A DNA stretch of 59,958 bases, the filler included, from an uncultured bacterium (lineage in GTDB: Bacteria; Hinthialibacterota; Hinthialibacteria; Hinthialibacterales; Hinthialibacteraceae): the NCBI GenBank assembly GCA_964449065.1. It is 7 parts of 7 records of this genome, joined end to end, with 100 filler letters (N's around TTAATTAATTAA, not from the genome) between each part and the next. Parts side by side here need not be neighbours in the genome. Positions count along the whole stretch, not along the records: positions 34,675 to 43,054 come from CAYVAZ010000220.1; positions 43,155 to 51,515 come from CAYVAZ010000221.1; 5 more parts are not named here. One strand, written 5' to 3'. A program made the position numbers and the translations under genes. Positions 41,067 to 50,611 of the stretch are shown piece by piece. The notes under the pieces were generated by a model. It had not been told where the DNA came from and did no database searches. It was given only the letters and a program-made list of their open reading frames with translations. Numbering within the stretch: the first letter of the stretch is position 1; each line of letters opens with the position of its first letter.

Positions 41067-42818
41067 ATGAACACTTATAGAGTACTAATCGCTGATGACG
41101 AACCAGCTATCCGGCGCATTCTCGAGCGTATTTGCCAAAGTTTAAATTGGCAAGCCGATTCCGCGGAAGACGGAAATCAAGCGCTTGCATTAATGGAACA
41201 AAATGAATATCAAATTTTCACCGTCGATGTCAACATGCCGGGGCCCTCCGGCGTTGAATTATCCCGCAAGATATTGGAGCGGTATGACTCTCCTGCCGTG
41301 TTGATATTGACCGGCTATGCCGAAGTAAAACAAGCCGTAGAAGCCACCAAAGAAGGAGTATACAACTACATCCAAAAAGACGATGTCGAGATTGAAGATA
41401 TTAAAGAGCAACTGATTCAAGCCGGCAATTATCACGAAAAACTGCTGCGCGGCAATCAGGCCAGAAAACAGCGCGAAAGCGAAATTCAAAACGCGGAAAC
41501 CGCCAGCAAGCAATTTCAGGCCATTTTTGATTTGTCGTCTGATATGGTTCTTATTGCGGATGCCAAAACCACGCAAATCACCGACTGCAATCCTGCCGCT
41601 TGTGAGCAGTTGGGATATACACGAAACGAACTGCAACAAATGAAACTCACTGATTTTGTCCCCGCCCTTACGACAGACCATTTGCAAAAGTTGTTCGCTT
41701 CTTCGGAAGCCGGCCATGCCCAAGAATCCACTGTACAAACCAAGAACGGGGCAACCATTCCCATTGATATCTCATACACCCATGTGTGTCTGTCTCATGG
41801 GGAATACGTTTCCGTCATGATGCGGAATATCTCCGAACGCAAAGAAATGCAGGCGCAAATATTACACGAGCGCAATTTGCTGCATTTGCTGATGGATAAC
41901 ATACCCGACAGCATATTTTTTAAAGATGCAGACCTCAAATACACATGCATCAACCAAGCCTACGCATCCAAACTGAATCTGTCCTCTCCAATACATGCAC
42001 TGAATAAAACCGATCAGGATTTACTCCCGGCAACGGATGCCCAGCATATCCTTCAGGAAGAACAAAGGCTGTTAGAGACACAACAGCCTTTGATCAACCA
42101 GGTAAAAGAATACCTCTTTCCGGATGGCAGCAAAAAATGGTACACCATCACCAAAGTGCCGATTTCGGACTCTCATCAGAATGCTCAAGGATTGGTCGGT
42201 ATCACGCGGGATATTTCCTCGGTCAAAAATGCCGAACAAAGAATACGAAAAACCACCCAAGAATTGGAAATAAAAGTGGTTGAGTTAGACAGCATTATAA
42301 ATGGTCTTCCATTGGGGATTATATTGACCAATGAAAGCTTCACGGTAACGCAAGTCAATCAGTGGATCGAAACCTGGTTAGATGTTCCGAAAGAATTTAT
42401 GTTGGAATCTTCTGTCAATAAGGTATTTCATGAGTATCTTCAGTTTAACTTGGAAGAATACATCCAATCCCTAAAACATATGGAAGAACCGGAATGGCTG
42501 AACATCAATCTCGATTTTCAAGAAATCCAACATGAAGTCTCGATGAAACCGCTTTTATCAGATGAAACGTTTTTGGGTGTGATTGTGTTTATCAAACCTT
42601 CCTCCGAAGAACCATTGCAAGATCAGAATTCGGTTACGATAGATGCATCCGGCATGATGTTGCCGGAAACATTAGAAAATATAAAAACTCCGCTGGACGG
42701 GATTTTGGAGATGGCATACCAGCTTTCGGATACGCAATTAAACTCGGAACAAAAGATGTTGGCGGACACCATACTGCAATGCGGCAAATCGATTCGCGTC
42801 ATTTTAGATTCCAATTAA
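41067..42818 (+). CDS. response regulator: REC + PAS domains + degenerate HisKA tail
   Basis: LIADDE, VDVNMPG, LTGY, YIQK REC motifs; three PAS-like domains; ENIKTPLDGILEM...LNSEQK tail. Confidence 0.85.
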   Translation: MNTYRVLIADDEPAIRRILERICQSLNWQADSAEDGNQALALMEQNEYQIFTVDVNMPGPSGVELSRKILERYDSPAVLILTGYAEVKQAVEATKEGVYNYIQKDDVEIEDIKEQLIQAGNYHEKLLRGNQARKQRESEIQNAETASKQFQAIFDLSSDMVLIADAKTTQITDCNPAACEQLGYTRNELQQMKLTDFVPALTTDHLQKLFASSEAGHAQESTVQTKNGATIPIDISYTHVCLSHGEYVSVMMRNISERKEMQAQILHERNLLHLLMDNIPDSIFFKDADLKYTCINQAYASKLNLSSPIHALNKTDQDLLPATDAQHILQEEQRLLETQQPLINQVKEYLFPDGSKKWYTITKVPISDSHQNAQGLVGITRDISSVKNAEQRIRKTTQELEIKVVELDSIINGLPLGIILTNESFTVTQVNQWIETWLDVPKEFMLESSVNKVFHEYLQFNLEEYIQSLKHMEEPEWLNINLDFQEIQHEVSMKPLLSDETFLGVIVFIKPSSEEPLQDQNSVTIDASGMMLPETLENIKTPLDGILEMAYQLSDTQLNSEQKMLADTILQCGKSIRVILDSN

Positions 42819-43156
42819 GAATGGGATGTAACGCAATTGATGACCGGTAACAGGTCATTGTCTTCATCATATCTCACTCCGTCCTTCACCCAATGGGCGA
42901 GGGCGATAGATGTAGTGAATCATTCCAATCACGTGCCGATCATAATGAATACGCAGCATCAGTTATTTACATTTTCATTGCGACTTGGTACCATACGGAT
43001 TTCTACTCAACTTGGCTACAGAATATTTCAAATTTTGTAACTATTCAGGTATCTNNNNNNNNNNNNNNNNNNNNNNNNNNNNNNNNNNNNNNNNNNNNTT
43101 AATTAATTAANNNNNNNNNNNNNNNNNNNNNNNNNNNNNNNNNNNNNNNNNNNNGA

Positions 43157-45223
43157 AGTATTGCCCTCGCGGTATCGGATTTTGATCAAGACAACGATAT
43201 TGATATTGTGAGATCAACCCCGGATTGTGTTGTGGAGATATTCAGCAATCAGCGGCAATCGAGATTTAAACAGGTTGCCCGGCTGAACTCAAAAGAGGGA
43301 TCAACAAATTTAAACTTGCAAACCAGCGGCAGCAATACTCCAAACCGCCTTGATTTAATTGTGACTTCATCAAACTTATCTCAAGTAGATATCATTCGTG
43401 TTGAACAAAACTGGGATATGAAGTTCGATCACTCTTTTTCCACTCAGCCTGCTATATCGGATTATTGGACTCTCCCCCTGGATATTAATAATGATGGATA
43501 TGTGGATATGTTAAACAAAGATAGAAGTATCGCTTATTCCCATCCTGGCGGCCAATCTTCTGATACGGCATGGCAGCATGAATCCAATCTAAAAAACGCC
43601 CATCCTATCGATTGGGATTTTGATGGCGATTTGGATATTGTTGTGACGTACGAGAATGATGAAATGGCCATCGTCGAAAATGACGGCGGCAATCAAAACC
43701 ACTCCATCACCCTTACACTCAATGGTGATAAGAACAATCAGTTCGGTTATGGCTCCAAGGTCGAAGTCAAAGATGGTTTGTTCCGCACCCGGCAGGAAGT
43801 GTGGCACAATCCCGTACACATCGGTTTAGGTGAACGGGAGACTGTCGATGTGCTGCGGGTGACCTGGCCGAATGGAATCTTTCAGAATGTGATTAACGCC
43901 ACTGCCGGGCAGGTACTTTCGGTAACCGAAAAACCGGGCTATGCCGGTTCTTGCCCGTTTGTGTATTCTTGGAACGGCGAGGAGTTTGAATTTGTCTCCG
44001 ATTTTCTTTCCACCGGACCGTTGGGATTGTATTTAGGCAACGGCTACTTTCCCCCGCGCTCGAATGAAACCGTGCGCATTCGCGGCGATCAACTCAAACC
44101 CAAAGACGGGAAATTGGAATTGCGCCTGACGGAAGAATTGCGAGAGATTATCTATTTGGATCAGGTTGAACTGCTATCGGTTGACCATCCAGCCGATATG
44201 GAACTGCACGTCAACGAACGCTTCACGGTTCCACCGTTTCCGGAATTTGGTTTGATAGGCATGTCTGAACACGCAAAACCGCCGGTTTATGTTGCTGATC
44301 AAGATGGCAATGATGTCACGGATTTAATCCAAAAAAATGACAACCGCTATTTGCGCGCGTTTGAACGCGAGCGTTTTGACGGGGTTGGCAGCCTGCACTG
44401 GTTTGAGATGGAACTGGATCAAGACATGCCGCTGGATCATGCCGTCATGTTTTTAACCGGCTATATCAATTGGGCGGATTCCAGCATTGTGCGCCATATC
44501 ACGCAAAATAGCGAAATGGATTTCATCATGCCCTATCTGCAAGTGATGGATGAAACGGGCGAATGGCAAACCGTGATGAACCCAATGGGATTCCCGGCAG
44601 GAAAACTCAAGACCATTCCGATTGATTTATCTCCGATCGAATTTACTGAGCATAGAAAACTTCGTATTGTTTCCACCGTACAAATTCATTGGGATCGAAT
44701 TTTGATCGACCCAACGCCCATACAAGAAGGCTTTTCCATACACAAGCACCCGCTCACATCAGCGGATTTTCGCTACGGCGGTTTTTCTGCCGAATATGAA
44801 CTGGCGGGCAACGGTCCAACATGGTACGACTATGAAAACCGCACATCAAACCGCCAATGGGATTACCAACCCGGCGATTATACCAAATTTGGCGATGTTC
44901 TATCTCTGCTTGCTGAGTTTGATGACCAATACGTTATCATGGCGACGGGGGATGAGGTGGCGGTTCGGTTTGACACAAAACCGCTCCAGCCTGGTTTGCA
45001 GCGTACTTATTTCATGCGGTCATACGGCTGGGTAAAAGACGCCGACCACAGCACGGCATACAGCCAAACGGTGCATCCGCTACCGTTTAAAAAAATGAGC
45101 GCGTATCCCTACCGCGAGGATGAACTATATCCTTATTACGACAACGCGGATTATTTGGAAGAATACAATGTCCGTTCGATATCTGAGCAGATGGAGCCGC
45201 TTGCGGTTCCTAAACAATATTAA
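43157..45223 (+). CDS. FG-GAP/ASPIC-UnbV (CRTAC1-like) protein, 5' partial
   Basis: DFDQDNDID, DINNDGYVD, DFDGDLD Ca loops; HIGLG...VTWPNG ASPIC motif; GSCPFVYSWNG. Confidence 0.85.
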   Translation, partial: SIALAVSDFDQDNDIDIVRSTPDCVVEIFSNQRQSRFKQVARLNSKEGSTNLNLQTSGSNTPNRLDLIVTSSNLSQVDIIRVEQNWDMKFDHSFSTQPAISDYWTLPLDINNDGYVDMLNKDRSIAYSHPGGQSSDTAWQHESNLKNAHPIDWDFDGDLDIVVTYENDEMAIVENDGGNQNHSITLTLNGDKNNQFGYGSKVEVKDGLFRTRQEVWHNPVHIGLGERETVDVLRVTWPNGIFQNVINATAGQVLSVTEKPGYAGSCPFVYSWNGEEFEFVSDFLSTGPLGLYLGNGYFPPRSNETVRIRGDQLKPKDGKLELRLTEELREIIYLDQVELLSVDHPADMELHVNERFTVPPFPEFGLIGMSEHAKPPVYVADQDGNDVTDLIQKNDNRYLRAFERERFDGVGSLHWFEMELDQDMPLDHAVMFLTGYINWADSSIVRHITQNSEMDFIMPYLQVMDETGEWQTVMNPMGFPAGKLKTIPIDLSPIEFTEHRKLRIVSTVQIHWDRILIDPTPIQEGFSIHKHPLTSADFRYGGFSAEYELAGNGPTWYDYENRTSNRQWDYQPGDYTKFGDVLSLLAEFDDQYVIMATGDEVAVRFDTKPLQPGLQRTYFMRSYGWVKDADHSTAYSQTVHPLPFKKMSAYPYREDELYPYYDNADYLEEYNVRSISEQMEPLAVPKQY

Positions 45224-46310
45224 ACTTATCTATGAACCGCGCAAATTCAGATTGAAACCTGGATTTCAATGCGGATTTTTCATTACCGGATAAAAACGAA
45301 GCATCAATTGAGTTATAGATGAGAGTGGGGATTTCTTGTACCGGAAGTTTTTGAAATTCCACGACCTTTTGATACTCTTCCAACAGGGTTGTACGGAAAA
45401 AGGAGGGGTCATCCGTGCTGATGTTCACCGGGATGCCTTGTTTGTGATAGTAGTGCAGCGGATGCTTTTCATGCGATATCGCCACCCCCAGCATAACATT
45501 GCTGGACGGGCACATGTTGAGATGGATTTTGTTTTCAGCCAGATACGCAACCAGTGTGGGGTCTTCAATGGCACGCAACCCATGCTCGATTCGTTTGACC
45601 CCCAAATGCTTGAGCGCACCCCAAATCGAATCCGGCCCCCTGCCTTCTCCCGCGTGGGCGGTTTTTTTTAGCCCCAGTTTTTCCGCGTATTCAAACACCT
45701 CTTTCGAATGTTCCGGCGGATAGTTTTCTCCTCCCCCCAACCCCACGGCTGCTACTTTAGGATGAGGATAGTCTCTCACCATGTGCATGGTTTCCAGACC
45801 GGAGACGGGGCCTAAATCGCGCACAATATCGATAATAAGATTGTAGTCAAATGGATGTCCTTCCATCCCTTTACAGAGACCATTATCCACGGCTTCTATG
45901 ATAGTGGCGTAGGGGATTCCGCCGCGGACAAATTTGTGGGGGGCTAGGGTAAGTTCCGCGTATTGAATGTTTTCTTCGGCAAAGCGCCGGGCGATTTGTT
46001 CTGCCAGTAGCGCAAAATCGTCCGCTTCCCGCAGCAGGGATGAAAGTTTTAAAAACTGCCTGAAGAATTTTTGTGGCGAATAAAAAAATAAAGACCATTC
46101 GGCATCGCTATACGATCGGATATCGGGGTCTTTATACTTCTGTGCCAACTTCCAAATGGTATCGGCATTCATGCTCCCTTCAAAGTGAACATGAATTTCC
46201 ATCTTGGGGATCTCGTATAAAAACAATTGAACCGGTTCCGGCAAACTGCAATGATAGGCTTGATATTGCCGAAAAAATTTATGCTGCATCCAGCGCTGCA
46301 ATCGTTTCAT
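45210..46310 (-). CDS. add: adenosine deaminase
   Basis: PKMEIHVHFEG, AHAGE, RIEHG, CPSSN, STDDP. Confidence 0.92.
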   Translation of the reverse strand: MKRLQRWMQHKFFRQYQAYHCSLPEPVQLFLYEIPKMEIHVHFEGSMNADTIWKLAQKYKDPDIRSYSDAEWSLFFYSPQKFFRQFLKLSSLLREADDFALLAEQIARRFAEENIQYAELTLAPHKFVRGGIPYATIIEAVDNGLCKGMEGHPFDYNLIIDIVRDLGPVSGLETMHMVRDYPHPKVAAVGLGGGENYPPEHSKEVFEYAEKLGLKKTAHAGEGRGPDSIWGALKHLGVKRIEHGLRAIEDPTLVAYLAENKIHLNMCPSSNVMLGVAISHEKHPLHYYHKQGIPVNISTDDPSFFRTTLLEEYQKVVEFQKLPVQEIPTLIYNSIDASFLSGNEKSALKSRFQSEFARFIDKFNIV

Positions 46311-46584
46311 GAATCCAAAAACCGTTTGTAGAATTATGAGTCAGTATACACGATTCAAAAAAACGGCAAGTAATACCAATTTCATTTAGGATTGTTCAGA
46401 AAAAAAGCCGCTAATTCATTCTTTCGCTGAGGCGGGTACTTCGTCAATCTAAAAATGCGGTCATGAGGTTGATTTAGGTTTGGCATGTTTCGTTCCGTTT
46501 ATGGAGTGTAAATAGGATGCTGTATGAAGAATTGCATGCCTTTAAGGATAGGAATACCGGTATCGGTTGGGAATGCATTGCCAT

Positions 46585-47454
46585 TCACAAGATGAGTTTG
46601 TGTACTTGGGCTTGGTAGCCGCGTTTGTTCATAATTGCCATGACGTGTTCGGCTTCGCTTTCTTCGTTGAGCAGGGCGAAGATGTTGGAGCCGGAACCGG
46701 ACAAGAGCGGTTTCGTGGGGCATACATCGCGGAAATCGAGGTAAACCTGATTAATTTGAGGATAGGCGGAATAGATGACCGGTTCAAATGAGTTGAAAAG
46801 ATGTTGGTGGAGTTGATGAAACCGTTTTTGTTGAATGCTTTCAATCATGGCTCCAACGCCGGTATGAATTTTTTGGGATGACTCGTCCCATAATCCATAA
46901 GCTTTTCCGGTAGAGACGCCAACCGCTGGTGATACCAATACAACGTACGGCATGTTGATGCCGCTTGCATCGTATTCTAGTTCAACAATCGTTTCACCGA
47001 TTCCTTCAATATGGCAGGCATTTTGGAACAAAAAAAACGGCACATCCGCGCCGATGCGGACTGCAATCTCACGCAAATGTTGCTGGGATAAGGGATTGTC
47101 TGTCAGTTCCTGTAAGGCTTGTAAGACTACAGCGGCGTTGCTGCTGCCTCCACCCAAACCCGCTCCATGCGGGATGCGTTTTTCGAGATGAATTTCCATT
47201 CCATGTTTTACATGGGCCGTCTCAAGGAAGAGTTGAGCCGCTTTGCTGGCGGTGTTTTTCTCATCAAGTGGGATATCGGTAAGGTTGGATGTAAGTTGGA
47301 TATCGCCGGAAAGATTTAATTTGCAGGATACTTCATCGTGTAGGGAGATTTTTGCGTTGACCATACAGAGATCGTGGTAGCCGTCTTCCCGCAAGCCAAG
47401 GATGTCTAAAAAAAGATTGACTTTCGCGTAGGAAGGTTTGATGATTGTTGTCAT
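46585..47454 (-). CDS. ispE: 4-diphosphocytidyl-2-C-methyl-D-erythritol kinase
   Basis: AKVNLFL, DGYH, KRIPHGAGLGGGSSNAA, GADVPFF, LSGSGS. Confidence 0.97.
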   Translation of the reverse strand: MTTIIKPSYAKVNLFLDILGLREDGYHDLCMVNAKISLHDEVSCKLNLSGDIQLTSNLTDIPLDEKNTASKAAQLFLETAHVKHGMEIHLEKRIPHGAGLGGGSSNAAVVLQALQELTDNPLSQQHLREIAVRIGADVPFFLFQNACHIEGIGETIVELEYDASGINMPYVVLVSPAVGVSTGKAYGLWDESSQKIHTGVGAMIESIQQKRFHQLHQHLFNSFEPVIYSAYPQINQVYLDFRDVCPTKPLLSGSGSNIFALLNEESEAEHVMAIMNKRGYQAQVHKLIL

Positions 47455-48146
47455 GATTGAGCCTGGATTAACGCTTCCGCCAAGAGAATATCTTCGGGCG
47501 AGGTGATTTTGAAGTTGTGATACGAACCCATCAGCATTTGGACGGTCATACCGGCTTCCTCCAAAACGGCGCCGTCATCGGTGGGATAGGGGGGCGGCTT
47601 GTAGGAATTGTAGGCATCAACAATAGCGGAATATTGAAAGGATTGCGGGGTTTGGGCCAACCAGTATTTAGAGCGGTCATGGGTTTGAACGACATGGCTG
47701 TCTTTGTTGGTTTCTTTTAATGTATCTTTTAGTGGTACTCCAGTTACGCAGCCGGGTATGTTGTGCAACGCGGAGACGGCATCCAAAATGAACGTTTCTT
47801 GCAGGAACATGCGGGCGGCATCTTGAATGAGCACAAAATCGGGAGAGAGCGTATGAATTTTATGTAAGCCGTTGCGCACGGAATCGAATCGTTCGGCCCC
47901 GCCGGCGGTAAACAGGTTGGATGCTTTGGGGCAGTATTGATCGGCAATTTTTTGGATTTCGTTTTGTTCTTCTTTCCGGCCGACGACCGCGACATGATCG
48001 ACGGCAGCGCACTGCTGAAAGACTTCTAGGCAATAGGATAGTACGGGGCGTCCGGCAATGGGATTAAGGATTTTATTGCGTCCCCCGCCCATGCGGGTGC
48101 TGTTTCCGGCGGCCACTACGACCGCGACAGTGGTGTATGAAGCCAT
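47451..48146 (-). CDS. ispD: 2-C-methyl-D-erythritol 4-phosphate cytidylyltransferase
   Basis: AAGNSTRMG, GGAERFDSV, QDAAR, DTLK, AQTPQ, TDD, NFKITSPED. Confidence 0.96.
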   Translation of the reverse strand: MASYTTVAVVVAAGNSTRMGGGRNKILNPIAGRPVLSYCLEVFQQCAAVDHVAVVGRKEEQNEIQKIADQYCPKASNLFTAGGAERFDSVRNGLHKIHTLSPDFVLIQDAARMFLQETFILDAVSALHNIPGCVTGVPLKDTLKETNKDSHVVQTHDRSKYWLAQTPQSFQYSAIVDAYNSYKPPPYPTDDGAVLEEAGMTVQMLMGSYHNFKITSPEDILLAEALIQAQS

Positions 48147-48168
48147 TCGTGAAACCTCTTCCTACACG

Positions 48169-48198
48169 AAAAAACGACCCGCTTATAGTGGGCCGTTT
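48169..48198 (-). terminator. intrinsic terminator after rpsT
   Basis: Minus strand AAACGGCCCAC-TATAA-GCGGGTCGTTT then TTT. Confidence 0.65.
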
Positions 48199-48227
48199 GA
48201 AAAGCAAAACCAAACAACTGAGACGGG

Positions 48228-48497
48228 TTATTCCGCGCTCATCTTGTTGACCAACAAAGCCAGACGGGATTTTCGGCGGGCGGCATTGTTGGGGTGGATA
48301 ATGTGCTTTTTTGCCGCGGTATCCAACTCGGTATAAACCAGTTGCAGACGTTGAAGAGCCAGATCTTTGTTGTTTTCATTCACGGCCTTGCGAACGTTTT
48401 TGATCAAGGTACGCAACTTGGCTCTTTCGCTGCTGTTAAATAAATTGAGTTTGGTGTCTTTGCGCAGGCTTTTCGAATTCGCTTTGATATTCGGCAT
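48228..48497 (-). CDS. rpsT: 30S ribosomal protein S20
   Basis: MPNIK..., LRTLIK, IIHPNNAARRKSRL. Confidence 0.96.
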   Translation of the reverse strand: MPNIKANSKSLRKDTKLNLFNSSERAKLRTLIKNVRKAVNENNKDLALQRLQLVYTELDTAAKKHIIHPNNAARRKSRLALLVNKMSAE

Positions 48498-48517
48498 AAT
48501 TCCGTTTCTCCATTCTA

Positions 48518-48904
48518 TTATTCACTGACAAAGGGTATCAGCGCCATATGCCGTGCCCGTTTTATGGCTTGGGTCAACATGCGCTGGTGTTTCGCGCTAA
48601 TGCCTGTGATGCGGCGGGGCATAATTTTACCCCGTTCCGTTAGAAAGTCACGCAGCAACCGGTAGTTTTTGTAATCAATATATACGACGCCTTCTTGGGT
48701 GAAGCGGCATACCTTGCGTTTTTGAAATCGGCGTCCGAACCGTCTGCCGCCACCCCGTGAATCACCGCGGCTATCACTGCGGCTGTCACTACGGTTATCA
48801 CCGCGGTTATCGCGGCGGTTATCGCGGCGGTCTTGCTGCGGACGTCCTTGCCCATGGTGGGGGGAAGACGATCGTTGCGAGTTGTGTTGTGGGCTATCTG
48901 CCAT
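48518..48904 (-). CDS. rpsR: 30S ribosomal protein S18 with repetitive N-terminal extension
   Basis: [27 protein letters not shown]...[13 protein letters not shown]. Confidence 0.97.
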   Translation of the reverse strand: MADSPQHNSQRSSSPHHGQGRPQQDRRDNRRDNRGDNRSDSRSDSRGDSRGGGRRFGRRFQKRKVCRFTQEGVVYIDYKNYRLLRDFLTERGKIMPRRITGISAKHQRMLTQAIKRARHMALIPFVSE

Positions 48905-48945
48905 GGTCCTGTCTCCTTGATGTATCGTTCGTATTGTATGAAAAA

Positions 48946-49419
48946 TTAAAAGGGTAAATCATCGTCACCGCTGTCAAATTGGCCGGTATCCGGGGGCGCA
49001 TGTTGGTCAGACGGTTGATTCGCGTTGTTGTAATTTTGATTGCTATAATTTGGGGCGGAACCGCTATGCCCCCCTCCGCCTTGAGAACCGCCACCTTGTC
49101 CGCCGCGGTCTAGGAACTGGAAGTTTTCGATTTCCACCTCATAGGTGGTGCGGTTTTCACCTTCTTTGGTTTGATATTTGTTCATGCGCAAGGCGCCTTC
49201 CACCGCGATCAAATGCCCTTTGTTGGTGTATTGATTAATTAATTCCGCGGCTTTGCGCCATGCAACGCATCGAATGAAATCCGCATCACGTTCTCCCGCA
49301 CTGTTTTTGTAATTCCGTTGGACGGCAAGATTGATGTTTACGACCGGGAGTCCGGTTTGAGTATAACGGATTTCCGGATCGGCGACCAATCGGCCAATCA
49401 AGTTCACGCGGTTTATCAT
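48946..49419 (-). CDS. ssb: single-stranded DNA-binding protein
   Basis: [33 protein letters not shown] tail. Confidence 0.98.
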   Translation of the reverse strand: MINRVNLIGRLVADPEIRYTQTGLPVVNINLAVQRNYKNSAGERDADFIRCVAWRKAAELINQYTNKGHLIAVEGALRMNKYQTKEGENRTTYEVEIENFQFLDRGGQGGGSQGGGGHSGSAPNYSNQNYNNANQPSDQHAPPDTGQFDSGDDDLPF

Positions 49420-49443
49420 GGTTTTATCCTGCCTGCAATCAGA

Positions 49444-50229
49444 TTATGCGTCCGATTTTACTTCTTCATTCGCCGGTGCCTGTTCCGGTGTATCAGATTT
49501 ATTTGGTGTATCAAAATCATTTGTATTTACTGGAGCCGGGGCTTGCGTGTTGGGTTGTCCCGGTTGAGGTGGTTCTGAAGTAGATGGAGTTTCCGCCGTA
49601 GTTTGCGCAGCCGGTGTTGATACTTGCTCTGGTGTTGGTACTTGCTCTGGTGTTGAAACTTGCTCTGGTGTTGAAACTTGCTCTGGTGTAGTTTGCTGAA
49701 CCGGCATGCTTTCTGGCGGTGCGGGTTCTGTGGAAGCCGAATCGGCAGCGGGTGCCGATTGCTCCGTAACGGATGCGCTTGCGGCGGCTTTTTGTTCTTC
49801 TTCGGCCGCGGCCGCGGCTGCCGCGGCTGCTTTCGCGGCTTGCTGGCGTTCGTATTCTTCTTTGGCCGCTTGTGCCTTGGCGGCTTGTTTTTTCAGTTTT
49901 TCTTCGTCTTGTTGTTCTTGGATTAACTTGGCTTTTGGAACCCGGAACACCAAATGGCGAATGATTGGGGTATGAGTATGAACGTATTCATTAATAAGCT
50001 CCGGCATATTCGTGGATGCCATGAACTCGAGATTGATGTAGATGCCTTCTTTGACTTTGTTGATTTCGTAAGCAAGGCGGCGTTTACCCCAGTTGGTATC
50101 TTTTTTGATTGTGCCGCCGTCGTTTTTGATGATATTTCGAATATCCTCTTGCGTTGCTTCAAGATCGGCTTCCGGAAGGGCCGGATTCAGGATATACATT
50201 GCCTCATATAGGCGCAGGTCTTGCGTCAT
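49444..50229 (-). CDS. rpsF: 30S ribosomal protein S6 with very long C-terminal extension
   Basis: YEAMYILNP, WGKRRLAYEINK...G.Y, IIRH; first gene of rpsF-ssb-rpsR. Confidence 0.96.
   Translation of the reverse strand: MTQDLRLYEAMYILNPALPEADLEATQEDIRNIIKNDGGTIKKDTNWGKRRLAYEINKVKEGIYINLEFMASTNMPELINEYVHTHTPIIRHLVFRVPKAKLIQEQQDEEKLKKQAAKAQAAKEEYERQQAAKAAAAAAAAAEEEQKAAASASVTEQSAPAADSASTEPAPPESMPVQQTTPEQVSTPEQVSTPEQVPTPEQVSTPAAQTTAETPSTSEPPQPGQPNTQAPAPVNTNDFDTPNKSDTPEQAPANEEVKSDA
49613..49689. repeat. 18-bp tandem repeat in rpsF (TPEQVS/P x4)
   Basis: GGTGTTG(A/G)(T/A)ACTTGCTCT x4 plus a partial unit. Confidence 0.9.
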
Positions 50230-50282
50230 GTGCTACTCTCCTTTGGTCTAGCGGCATACAGAGCGAAAACGGTATGCAGGAT
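50230..50282 (-). promoter_or_regulatory. putative S6:S18 autoregulatory leader
   Basis: Minus strand CCTGCATAC...GTATGCCGCTAGACCAAAGGAG: hairpin, CCG motif and SD as in known rpsF leaders. Confidence 0.6.
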
Positions 50283-50299
50283 TTTTATGTTGGCTTAAT

Positions 50300-50327
50300 A
50301 TTATAATGAATATGATAGCAGTGTCAA
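50300..50327 (-). promoter_or_regulatory. sigma70 promoter for the rpsF operon
   Basis: Perfect TTGACA-16 nt-TATAAT on the minus strand. Confidence 0.75.
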
Positions 50328-50611
50328 TCCCTGAGTTTACCAAAGCAGTTATTTTGCCGTGGAACCAATCGCTAGTTTAAGTGGCTCTTTTTCTTCGTGT
50401 CGAAAATGGAGGGTGTGCTTGGAGCCACCGGGCATACGCGGATAGGGCATTCAATATTATCCAGCGATCTTTTGATGATGCTTTGTATTTTCACGACTTA
50501 ACTGATATGTATAAATTCGTATGCGTTAGGAATTGATTAATAATTCCTTTTTGTCTTTCTATTTTTTGGTTTCTGTTATACAATTTCAACTCATCTATAG
50601 AAGTAAATTTC

